Part shown: positions 1 to 6,807 of the stretch, in pieces
How positions within the stretch are numbered: the stretch's first letter is position 1
Layout: the number at the start of each line of letters is the position of its first letter
Virus record (IMG/VR): IMGVR_UViG_2778261066_000005
Source of the DNA: a virus
Lineage: Duplodnaviria > Heunggongvirae > Uroviricota > Caudoviricetes
Strand: one strand, 5' to 3'
DNA: 12,377 nucleotides
The notes under the pieces: generated by a model
The model's database searches: none
Seen by the model: the letters and a program-made list of their open reading frames with translations, nothing else
What the model was told of the DNA's origin: nothing
Program-made: the position numbers and the translations under genes

Positions 1-1
1 G

Positions 2-30
2 TTGACAAAAATAGAAAAATGCGAAAATAT
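2..30 (+). promoter_or_regulatory. Candidate sigma70 promoter for the first ORF
   Basis: Perfect -35 hexamer TTGACA at 2-7; only weak -10 candidates about 17 bp downstream (AAATAT 25-30); GAAAA(T) direct repeats at 14-28. The window edge truncates upstream context. Confidence 0.3.
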
Positions 31-65
31 GTGGTTTACGAATTCTAAAAAAAGCGAAACTTGAA

Positions 66-716
66 ATGAATGAAAATCAGTTAGCTCCTTGTTGGGAATT
101 TCAACCTTATCTTGCTGAAAACTATGTTCGCCACTTGTTGGCGGAGATCGCTAACGTACTTGAGCAGCTGTACTATCATAAGCACGCATTAGACAGCAAC
201 TGGTCTGAAGGTGTAAGGGCTTATGATTGGGTCAGAAATCATCTTATTCAAAATGAAGATGCAATTCCTGGCCTTGAGATGATTTCCAAGGGGTTGGACT
301 ATGTAGTTGCTTTAAATAAAGTTCCGCTACAATTTACCAAAGATTGCATTAATAACCCCAAAAAGAAACATCGTCTGCGTCGAAATAAAGTAGAGTATGA
401 GCAGCTCTCATTGTTTGGTGATGTTGAGGCTGAGCAAGATATTACATGGCGAGTCATAGCTGAGCCTTTTTTATCCGAAGAGGGCGATGGTGAATTAGAG
501 TCCACACTGCCTCGTTGGGAGGTAGCTCTTGTTGGATTTAATACTTATGGTGCTCAGATTAGTATAGTTTCTCATCAATCTACAGCATCGATGCCGCTTA
601 TGCCTCTTGATTATAACACACTCCCTGACGAAGCGGAGATTAATAAGGTGCCTCTTCGTCGGCGTACGAAGGATAAAGATTTGGATGTGAGCAGTGATGG
701 AACATCAGGTGAATAA
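66..716 (+). CDS. Hypothetical protein, 216 aa, no family recognised; first gene of a two-gene module
   Basis: ATG-initiated 651-nt ORF; its 3' end overlaps the next gene by 20 nt (stop TAA 714-716 versus ATG 697), implying translational coupling. No strong Shine-Dalgarno and no motif recognised. Confidence 0.55.
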   Translation: MNENQLAPCWEFQPYLAENYVRHLLAEIANVLEQLYYHKHALDSNWSEGVRAYDWVRNHLIQNEDAIPGLEMISKGLDYVVALNKVPLQFTKDCINNPKKKHRLRRNKVEYEQLSLFGDVEAEQDITWRVIAEPFLSEEGDGELESTLPRWEVALVGFNTYGAQISIVSHQSTASMPLMPLDYNTLPDEAEINKVPLRRRTKDKDLDVSSDGTSGE

Positions 717-1800
717 CTTCACTGAGTATCGGGGTGATAAGCTCAAACTAGCGAGAATGGCTGTTGGGCTTTCTTGTGAAGAGTTAGCCGAAAAAATTGG
801 CAAGACAAAGCAATTCGTTAGCAAACTGGAGAAGGGGTGCAGGCCATCGGAGCAATGTCTTGAGTTAATATCTTCAGCGCTTATGATTAAGTCCAGTTTT
901 CTTTTTACTGAACGAAAATACGCTCTGGAAAGTGATGTCTGCCATTTTCGGAGTAAGAAGTCCAGGACTCAAACGCTGACTAATAGTGTATTGGCCAGGG
1001 CTGAGATTCTTAATATTATAATTTCTGCTGTTGAAGGTGAAATCGAATTTCCTGACGTTAACATACCGGAGCACCCAGGGGCTGAATTACTTACTCCGAA
1101 TGATATTGAGCGAGTGGCAGAAGATTGTCGCCGTGCCTGGAATTTAGGTCTTGGCCCTATATCATCAATGGTTAAATTGGCGGAGAGTTTAGGGGTAATC
1201 GTTGCGCATGTTACGGGAGTCGATGATCGTGTTGATGCTTTTACTGTTCACAATAACAGGCCTGTTATCATCAGGAACAATGTTAAAAAAAGCATATGTA
1301 GATTTCGCTCTGATTTAGGTCATGAATTAGGGCATTTAGTAATGCATGAGGGCATAACGACAGGTGATAAACTTACGGAATCACAAGCCGATCACTTTTC
1401 GAGCGCCTTATTAGTTCCCAGGTTATCTTTCATTAAAGAATTTCCACGAATACGAGGTAAGCAATTCGACTGGAATGCTCTGGTTGAATTTAAACTTAGA
1501 TGGAAAATCAGCCTTAAAATGTGTATTTATCGAGCCAGCGCATTAGGCTTATTGACCCAGGAACAGGCAAGAACTGGCTATATGCATCTTAATTCCAGAG
1601 GGTATACGAGAGTTGAACCTGGTGATGAACTTTTGCGCCCTGAAGAACCCGGCATGCTGGCCGAGGCGATTGAAATGCTGGATGATGCAACCTGGCTAAG
1701 AATTCTTATGAAAACTGGCTTGAGCCAAGATTTAATTCGTGAGTTGTTCTCCATCAACAGACCTATTACAAATCCAAGAAATATTTTCCAGATTGTTTGA
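697..1800 (+). CDS. Fused XRE-family HTH / ImmA-IrrE (M78, COG2856-type) zinc metallopeptidase, about 367 aa
   Basis: N-terminus (KLKLARMAVGLSCEELAEKIGKTKQFVSKLEKG) has the XRE helix-turn-helix pattern. HExxH zinc-binding motif HELGH is encoded at nt 1321-1335, in the context RSDLGHELGHLVMHEG typical of ImmA/IrrE peptidases. GTG at 694 is an alternative in-frame start. Confidence 0.85.
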   Translation: MEHQVNNFTEYRGDKLKLARMAVGLSCEELAEKIGKTKQFVSKLEKGCRPSEQCLELISSALMIKSSFLFTERKYALESDVCHFRSKKSRTQTLTNSVLARAEILNIIISAVEGEIEFPDVNIPEHPGAELLTPNDIERVAEDCRRAWNLGLGPISSMVKLAESLGVIVAHVTGVDDRVDAFTVHNNRPVIIRNNVKKSICRFRSDLGHELGHLVMHEGITTGDKLTESQADHFSSALLVPRLSFIKEFPRIRGKQFDWNALVEFKLRWKISLKMCIYRASALGLLTQEQARTGYMHLNSRGYTRVEPGDELLRPEEPGMLAEAIEMLDDATWLRILMKTGLSQDLIRELFSINRPITNPRNIFQIV

Positions 1801-1805
1801 GTATA

Positions 1806-1826
1806 CCCGCTTCGGCGGGTTTTTTG
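1806..1826 (+). terminator. Rho-independent terminator closing the two-gene module
   Basis: Stem CCCGC (1806-1810), loop TTCG, stem GCGGG (1815-1819), then TTTTTTGTTTTT, 6 nt after the stop at 1800. Confidence 0.7.
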
Positions 1827-1909
1827 TTTTTATTTTCAACGTGTTTGAAGTTTTGGACGGTGCCAGAATAGAATCAAAAATACTTAAGTAGCGCGCAGGG
1901 AGAAGAGGG

Positions 1910-2131
1910 ATGGACCCCGAACAGGGGGAGTGCTATTTATCTGGAAGGATTCTGTTGATGAAAATCGAAGAATTACGTGAAATTTTTAGTGAAGATGGCC
2001 TCTATGCTGTGCGCGTTGAGAATGGGGGTATTACCTACACAGCGTTAATTCCTGATGATCATGTAGTGTTATCTGTTGAGGCATTCATTGAATACTTGGA
2101 AAGACTCGGTTTCAAGGTAGTTCGGGAATAA
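1910..2131 (+). CDS. Small hypothetical protein, 73 aa (alternative start ATG 1958 gives 57 aa)
   Basis: ORF preceded by AGGGAG 7 nt upstream of ATG 1910; internal ATG 1958 has GGAAGGA upstream. No family recognised. Confidence 0.45.
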   Translation: MDPEQGECYLSGRILLMKIEELREIFSEDGLYAVRVENGGITYTALIPDDHVVLSVEAFIEYLERLGFKVVRE

Positions 2132-2190
2132 GTTATAATACGTGAGCCAGCCTGAACAACTGGCAACCTGCAGCGCCATTGGAGATGACA

Positions 2191-2463
2191 ATGGCGCATA
2201 ATTTCAAATTTCGCAATTCTGATTCTGCCTTTGCCAGCAGGCACGGGTGGCGTTCTCACGCATTCAAATATGACTGGTATCAGCACGATCCCTGTACTGA
2301 AGAACAGGCCGAATGGCTGATTCATAACTACCGCAGACGTGGATATGAGTTTAGGAAAGCCCTCACCCTCGATTATCGTCACTGGATAATCTACGTCAGA
2401 CTCCCTTATTCCGAACGCCCACCGCGTCCGTCCCGCACATTCCAGCAACGCATCTGGAGGTAA
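2191..2463 (+). CDS. Small hypothetical protein, about 90 aa
   Basis: ATG 2191 lies 6 nt after GGAG (2181-2184); the ORF track's longer version begins at TTG 2179. The stop TAA 2461-2463 abuts the GTG 2465 start of the next gene. Confidence 0.5.
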   Translation: MAHNFKFRNSDSAFASRHGWRSHAFKYDWYQHDPCTEEQAEWLIHNYRRRGYEFRKALTLDYRHWIIYVRLPYSERPPRPSRTFQQRIWR

Positions 2464-2464
2464 C

Positions 2465-3511
2465 GTGCGGGTATTACTTCGACCTGTTCTGGTACCGGAA
2501 CTCGGGCTGGTGATCGTTAAGCCGGGCCGTGAATCCATGCCGGTATTCCACAATACCCGGGTACTGGTGGAGCCGGAACCGAAAAGCATGCGTAATCTGC
2601 CGTCCGGGGTCGTTCCTGCCGTTCGCCAGCCGCTGGCGGAGGATAAATCATTACTGCCATTTTTCAGCGACGAACGAGTGATTCGTGCTGCTGGTGGCGC
2701 TGGCGCATTGTCTGATTGGTTACTGCGCCATGTTAAATCCTGCCAGTGGCCACACGGCGATTATCACCACAGTGAAACCGTCATTCACCGTTATGGTACC
2801 GGCGCAATGGTGTTGTGCTGGCACTGCGACAACCAGCTGCGCGACCAGACCTCCGAATCACTCGGGCAACTTGCTCACCAAAACCTGTCTGCATGGATGA
2901 TTGACGTCATACGCCATGCAATGAATGGCTCGCAGGAACGGGAATTATCGCTGGCTGAATTATCCTGGTGGGCGGTCCGCAATCAGGTGGCGGACGCGCT
3001 ACCGGAAGCGGTATTACGTCGTTCGCTGGGGTTGCGTGCGGAAAAAATCCGCTCAATGTACCGTGAAAGCGACATCGTACCGGGAGAGCAGACCGCCACC
3101 AGCATACTGAAGCAGCGCACAAAAAATCTTGCGCCGCTGCCTCACGTCCACCAGCAAAACCCGCCACAGGAAGAGACGGTGGTCAGCATTGCCGTTGATC
3201 CTGAGTCTCCGGAATCTTTCATGAAACGACCTAAACGTCGCCGCTGGGTTAACGAGAAATACACACGCTGGGTGAAGACACAGCCGTGTGCGTGTTGTGG
3301 TAAGCCAGCCGACGATCCCCATCACCTGATTGGTCATGGTCAGGGCGGAATGGGGACAAAATCTCACGATATTTTCACGCTACCGCTGTGTCGGGAGCAT
3401 CACAACGAGCTTCATGCGGATCCTCTGGCGTTCGAAGAAAAGCATGGTTCTCAGGTTGATTTAATTTTTCGTTTTCTTGATCACGCCTTTGCAACTGGCG
3501 TGCTTGGGTAA
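2465..3511 (+). CDS. YdfU-like DUF968 protein with C-terminal HNH-like Cys/His motif, 348 aa
   Basis: GTG-initiated 348-aa ORF; the size and the position upstream of rusA and Q match the ydfU slot of Qin-type lambdoid prophages (recalled from memory). C-terminus CACCGKPADDPHHLIGHGQGG...CREHHNELH resembles an HNH zinc-finger nuclease motif. Confidence 0.65.
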   Translation: MRVLLRPVLVPELGLVIVKPGRESMPVFHNTRVLVEPEPKSMRNLPSGVVPAVRQPLAEDKSLLPFFSDERVIRAAGGAGALSDWLLRHVKSCQWPHGDYHHSETVIHRYGTGAMVLCWHCDNQLRDQTSESLGQLAHQNLSAWMIDVIRHAMNGSQERELSLAELSWWAVRNQVADALPEAVLRRSLGLRAEKIRSMYRESDIVPGEQTATSILKQRTKNLAPLPHVHQQNPPQEETVVSIAVDPESPESFMKRPKRRRWVNEKYTRWVKTQPCACCGKPADDPHHLIGHGQGGMGTKSHDIFTLPLCREHHNELHADPLAFEEKHGSQVDLIFRFLDHAFATGVLG

Positions 3512-3523
3512 AAGAGGTGACTG

Positions 3524-3898
3524 ATGCTCATAGATTTGGTTTTACCTTACCCGCCGACGGTGAACACTTACTGGCGTCGTCGTGGCAGCACATATTTTGT
3601 ATCAAAAGCCGGGGAGCGTTATCGCCGGGCAGTGGCGCTTATTGTTCGCCAGCAGCGGCTGAAATTAAGCCTGTCCGGAAGGTTGGCAATAAAAATTATT
3701 GCAGAACCACCGGATAAGCGCCGCCGTGACCTGGACAATATTCTGAAAGCGCCGCTGGATGCGCTGACGCATGTGGGGTTGCTAATGGACGATGAGCAGT
3801 TTGATGAAATCAATATCGTTCGTGCTCAGCCAGTATCTGGTGGACGTCTGGGGGTGAAGATTTACCCCATAATGCTTGAAGGGCAGGTCAAAAAATGA
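3524..3898 (+). CDS. rusA: Holliday-junction resolvase RusA (crossover junction endodeoxyribonuclease)
   Basis: 124-aa protein with the RusA signature ...TYWRRRG...PDKRRRDLDNILKAPLDAL...; Shine-Dalgarno AAGAGGTGA at 3512-3520; its stop overlaps the next start as ATGA at 3895-3898. Confidence 0.9.
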   Translation: MLIDLVLPYPPTVNTYWRRRGSTYFVSKAGERYRRAVALIVRQQRLKLSLSGRLAIKIIAEPPDKRRRDLDNILKAPLDALTHVGLLMDDEQFDEINIVRAQPVSGGRLGVKIYPIMLEGQVKK

Positions 3899-4716
3899 AA
3901 CTGGAAGATTTACCGAAATACCACTCCCCAAAATCCCCCGGCCTGACTGATGCATCGGCCTCAACGTCGAAAGATGCGCTGAGTATCACTGATGTGATGG
4001 CCGCGCAGGGCATGACACAGAATCGGGCTGAGATGGGGTTTTCTGCGTTCCTTGGGAAAATGGGCATTAGTATGAATGACAGAGAGCGGGCAACAGAATT
4101 GCTGACAGAATATGCACTCAGTCGGTGTGATCGCGTGGCGGCGTTAAGAAAACTCCCGGCAGAAATAAAACCGGCAGTGATGCGTATTATGGCTTCGTAT
4201 GCGTTTGAAGATTATGCCCGCAGCGCGGCGAGCAAAAAACAGTGCTCCTGCTGTCACGGAAAAAAATTTATTGAAAGCGAGGTTTTTACAAACAAGATCC
4301 AGTATCCGGATGGTAAGCCGCCGGTATGGGCAAAGTGTACGAAAGGTGTGTATCCGTCTTACTGGGAAGAATGGAAAAAAGTCAGGGAGGTGGTAAAAGT
4401 TGCCTGTCCGGAGTGTGGCGGAAAGGGTGAGGTTTCCACCGCCTGTAAGGATTGCCGTGGGCGTGGTGTCGCCATTCATCGTGAAGAGTCGGTAAAACGT
4501 GGTATGCCTGTTATCAGAGACTGCCAGCGTTGTGGTGGTCGTGGCTGTGAAAGACTACCATCAACGGAGGCATTTAATGCCATATGCAAAGTGACGAGTG
4601 CTATCACGCTTGATACGTGGAAAAAATCAGTGAAACGCTTTTACGATACGTTGGTGGTTCGGTTTGACATTGAAGAGGCATGGGCGGAGCGGCAGTTAAA
4701 GAGGGTAACGCGATAG
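3895..4716 (+). CDS. Q-like late-gene antiterminator (QuuQ-type), 273 aa, with four CxxC motifs
   Basis: Sits immediately after rusA and immediately before a pR'-like promoter and tR'-like terminator, which is the canonical place for Q. Four CxxC pairs (CSCCHG, CPECGG, CKDCRG, CQRCGG) indicate zinc-ribbon repeats. The family call rests on context and recalled similarity. Confidence 0.65.
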   Translation: MKLEDLPKYHSPKSPGLTDASASTSKDALSITDVMAAQGMTQNRAEMGFSAFLGKMGISMNDRERATELLTEYALSRCDRVAALRKLPAEIKPAVMRIMASYAFEDYARSAASKKQCSCCHGKKFIESEVFTNKIQYPDGKPPVWAKCTKGVYPSYWEEWKKVREVVKVACPECGGKGEVSTACKDCRGRGVAIHREESVKRGMPVIRDCQRCGGRGCERLPSTEAFNAICKVTSAITLDTWKKSVKRFYDTLVVRFDIEEAWAERQLKRVTR

Positions 4717-4721
4717 TGTTG

Positions 4722-4749
4722 TTGATTTTTCCCGAATCTGTGGTAAATT
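4722..4749 (+). promoter_or_regulatory. Late promoter pR'-like (sigma70)
   Basis: -35 TTGATT (4722-4727), 16-nt spacer, TG at 4741-4742 and -10 TAAATT (4744-4749); TAAATT is the same -10 hexamer as lambda pR'. It starts 6 nt after the Q stop. Confidence 0.6.
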
Positions 4750-4795
4750 TGCTCTAACGATGGGCGTTTTATGCCTGACGTTAGAAGATTTTTTA

Positions 4796-4821
4796 CACCC
4801 CGCCGCCTGGCGGGTTTTTTA
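4796..4821 (+). terminator. tR'-like intrinsic terminator
   Basis: Stem CCCGCC (4799-4804), loop GCCT, stem GGCGGG (4809-4814), then TTTTTT (4815-4820), about 65 nt downstream of the candidate promoter. Confidence 0.7.
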
Positions 4822-4942
4822 TGACTGAAATCGCGTCAGTATAGTAAACGCGCTGGTGGCGGTGAATACCTGTCTTTCAGCTTGCTGGCTTTTTCGACAA
4901 GAGTTATTGGTGTGTCACGTTAACCGGAAAAGGGAAAAAGAC

Positions 4943-5140
4943 ATGCTAAAACAGCAGGATATGACAGAAACCGCCAGAGTGGTGTTTAATGAATTAAGCG
5001 TTACCGAACCGGCGACAGTCGGGGAGATAGCGCAGAATACTTACCTTTCACGCGAACGCTGCCAGTTAATACTGACCCAGCTGGTTATGGCGGATCTGGC
5101 AGACTATCAGTTCGGTTGTTACAGACGCCTTCCGCAGTGA
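4943..5140 (+). CDS. Small putative HTH / winged-helix DNA-binding protein, 65 aa
   Basis: ATG 4943 (the ORF track's longer version starts at GTG 4856). The segment VGEIAQNTYLSRERCQLILTQL looks like a helix-turn-helix. The stop is embedded in a terminator hairpin. Confidence 0.45.
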   Translation: MLKQQDMTETARVVFNELSVTEPATVGEIAQNTYLSRERCQLILTQLVMADLADYQFGCYRRLPQ

Positions 5141-5150
5141 AGGCTTTTTT
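5127..5150 (+). terminator. Intrinsic terminator overlapping the stop of the small HTH ORF
   Basis: Stem GCCTTC (5127-5132), loop CGCAGT, stem GAAGGC (5139-5144), then TTTTTT (5145-5150). Confidence 0.6.
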
Positions 5151-5167
5151 ATTTGTGGTAAATGGGC

Positions 5168-5198
5168 GGCTGGTGGGTGTTAGGGGCACCCACCAGCC
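5168..5198 (+). other. 12-bp perfect inverted repeat carrying a Chi octamer on each arm
   Basis: GGCTGGTGGGTG (5168-5179), 7-nt loop, CACCCACCAGCC (5187-5198). GCTGGTGG is at 5169-5176 and its complement at 5190-5197. No U-tract follows. Confidence 0.6.
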
Positions 5199-5290
5199 AT
5201 CTGCTCATGCGTTGGGTTCACAAGCAAACCTCAGGCCCACTGCTTTGCGCAAAAGCAGAATGAGCCTATCAGAGACAGGCTTAATGATCC

Positions 5291-6340
5291 ATGCTTAATA
5301 CTGTAAAAATATCCAGTTGTGAGTTAATCAACGCCGACTGCCTGGAATTTATCCGGTCGTTACCCGAAAATTCTGTTGACCTGATAGTCACGGACCCGCC
5401 GTACTTTAAAGTGAAGCCTGAGGGCTGGGATAACCAGTGGAAGGGCGACGATGATTACCTGAAGTGGCTGGACCAGTGTCTGGCGCAGTTCTGGCGGGTG
5501 CTGAAACCTGCCGGAAGTCTTTACCTGTTCTGTGGTCATCGCCTGGCATCTGATATCGAAATCATGATGCGTGAACGCTTCAGTGTGCTGAACCATATTA
5601 TCTGGGCGAAGCCGTCCGGACGCTGGAACGGATGCAACAAGGAAAGCCTGCGGGCGTATTTCCCCGCCACAGAGCGCATTCTGTTCGCGGAACATTATCA
5701 GGGGCCGTATCGTCCGAAAGATGCCGGGTATGCGGCGAAGGGCAGTGCACTGAAACAGCATGTGATGGCCCCGCTGATTTCTTACTTTCGTGATGCGCGC
5801 GCGGCCCTGGGGATAACGGCAAAACAGATTGCAGATGCCACAGGAAAGAAAAACATGGTGTCGCACTGGTTCAGTGCCAGTCAGTGGCAGCTACCGAACG
5901 AAAGCGATTATCTGAAATTACAGTCGCTGTTTGCCCGGGTGGCAGAAGAGAAACATCAGCGCGGTGAACTGGAAAAGCCCCACCACCAGCTGGTGGATAC
6001 GTATACGTCACTGAACCGGCAGTATGTGGAGCTGCAGAGTGAATATAAGCATCTGCGGCGGTATTTTGGTGTGACGGCGCAGGTGCCGTACACGGATGTG
6101 TGGACACATAAACCGGTGCAGTTCTATCCCGGGAAACATCCGTGCGAAAAACCGGCAGAAATGCTGCAGCAGATAATCAGCGCAAGCAGTCGTCCGGGTG
6201 ACCTGGTTGCAGATTTTTTTATGGGCTCAGGTTCAACGGTAAAAGCGGCACTGGCGCTCGGGCGTCGTGCGATTGGCGTTGAGCTGGAGACCGGACGTTT
6301 TGAGCAGACAGTCAGGGAAGTTCAGGATTTAATCGTTTGA
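5291..6340 (+). CDS. Orphan beta-class amino-DNA methyltransferase (N6-adenine or N4-cytosine), 349 aa
   Basis: Motif IV DPPY at nt 5393-5404 (SVDLIVTDPPYF) near the N-terminus and motif I FxGxG (DLVADFFMGSGST) near the C-terminus, the beta-class order. No adjacent restriction endonuclease gene. Confidence 0.85.
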   Translation: MLNTVKISSCELINADCLEFIRSLPENSVDLIVTDPPYFKVKPEGWDNQWKGDDDYLKWLDQCLAQFWRVLKPAGSLYLFCGHRLASDIEIMMRERFSVLNHIIWAKPSGRWNGCNKESLRAYFPATERILFAEHYQGPYRPKDAGYAAKGSALKQHVMAPLISYFRDARAALGITAKQIADATGKKNMVSHWFSASQWQLPNESDYLKLQSLFARVAEEKHQRGELEKPHHQLVDTYTSLNRQYVELQSEYKHLRRYFGVTAQVPYTDVWTHKPVQFYPGKHPCEKPAEMLQQIISASSRPGDLVADFFMGSGSTVKAALALGRRAIGVELETGRFEQTVREVQDLIV

Positions 6341-6389
6341 AACGGATGAGATTGCAGAATTAATTACGCACCATTATTATTCTGCTCCC

Positions 6390-6465
6390 GGCCCTTTAGC
6401 TCAGTGGTGAGAGCGAGCGACTCATAATCGCCAGGTCGCTGGTTCAAATCCAGCAAGGGCCACCA
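6390..6465 (+). tRNA. ileZ: tRNA-Ile2 (anticodon CAU; ileX/ileZ-like), 76 nt with encoded CCA
   Basis: Hand-folded cloverleaf: acceptor GGCCCTT/AAGGGCC, D-arm GCTC-AGTGGTGA-GAGC, anticodon CAT at 6423-6425, T-loop TTCAAAT, discriminator A plus CCA. Closely resembles E. coli tRNA-Ile2 from memory; an elongator tRNA-Met cannot be excluded by eye. Confidence 0.8.
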
Positions 6466-6474
6466 TATCACATA

Positions 6475-6551
6475 CCACCATTAGCTCATCGGGATAGAGC
6501 GCCAGCCTTCGAAGCTGGTTGCGCGGGGTTCGAGTTCTCGATGGCGGTCCA
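6475..6551 (+). tRNA. tRNA-Arg (anticodon UCG), 77 nt, with non-canonical pairs
   Basis: Acceptor CCACCAT/ATGGCGG (one A-C mismatch), D-arm GCTC...GAGC, anticodon loop CTTCGAA (TCG at 6509-6511), T-loop TTCGAGT, CCA at 6549-6551. The T-stem contains two G-U pairs, so it may be partly degenerate. Confidence 0.6.
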
Positions 6552-6565
6552 TTTATCGGTATTCT

Positions 6566-6609
6566 GCGTTGTTAGCTCAGCCGGACAGAGCAATTGCCTT
6601 CTAAGCAGC
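6566..6609 (+). pseudogene. Truncated tRNA-Arg (UCU): 5' half only
   Basis: GCGTTGT-TA-GCTC-AGCCGGACA-GAGC-A-ATTGC-CTTCTAA-GCAGC gives acceptor 5' strand, D-arm and anticodon arm (TCT at 6600-6602). No T-arm and no ACAACGC acceptor 3' strand follow; a GT-rich tract follows instead. Confidence 0.5.
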
Positions 6610-6807
6610 TGTGGTTGCACTCCTGTTGTTTCTGGTGGTGATGGTGGACTTCAGCAGCCGGATAATGTCGGTGCTGTCTGATGGTGTTTTGGTGGCGGGT
6701 GTGTGGTTGTTGCTTTCCCGTTGCTGAAAAAGAAAGCATCAGGCGATTAGCAGGGTATCAGTTACACGTTGAAATTTTTAAATACCTCACAATTCCACAG
6801 CTTGATG

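Noticed and set aside
2059-2589. 176-aa minus-strand ORF
   Set aside because: It lies entirely antisense to three well-supported + strand genes (1910-2131, 2191-2463 and the start of 2465-3511), has no Shine-Dalgarno sequence, and has a Ser/Thr/Arg-rich low-complexity composition typical of antisense frames in GC-rich genes.
4144-4479. 111-aa minus-strand ORF inside the Q-like gene, and the 168-aa minus-strand ORF at 5360-5866 inside the methyltransferase
   Set aside because: Both are antisense to motif-supported genes and lack ribosome-binding sites.
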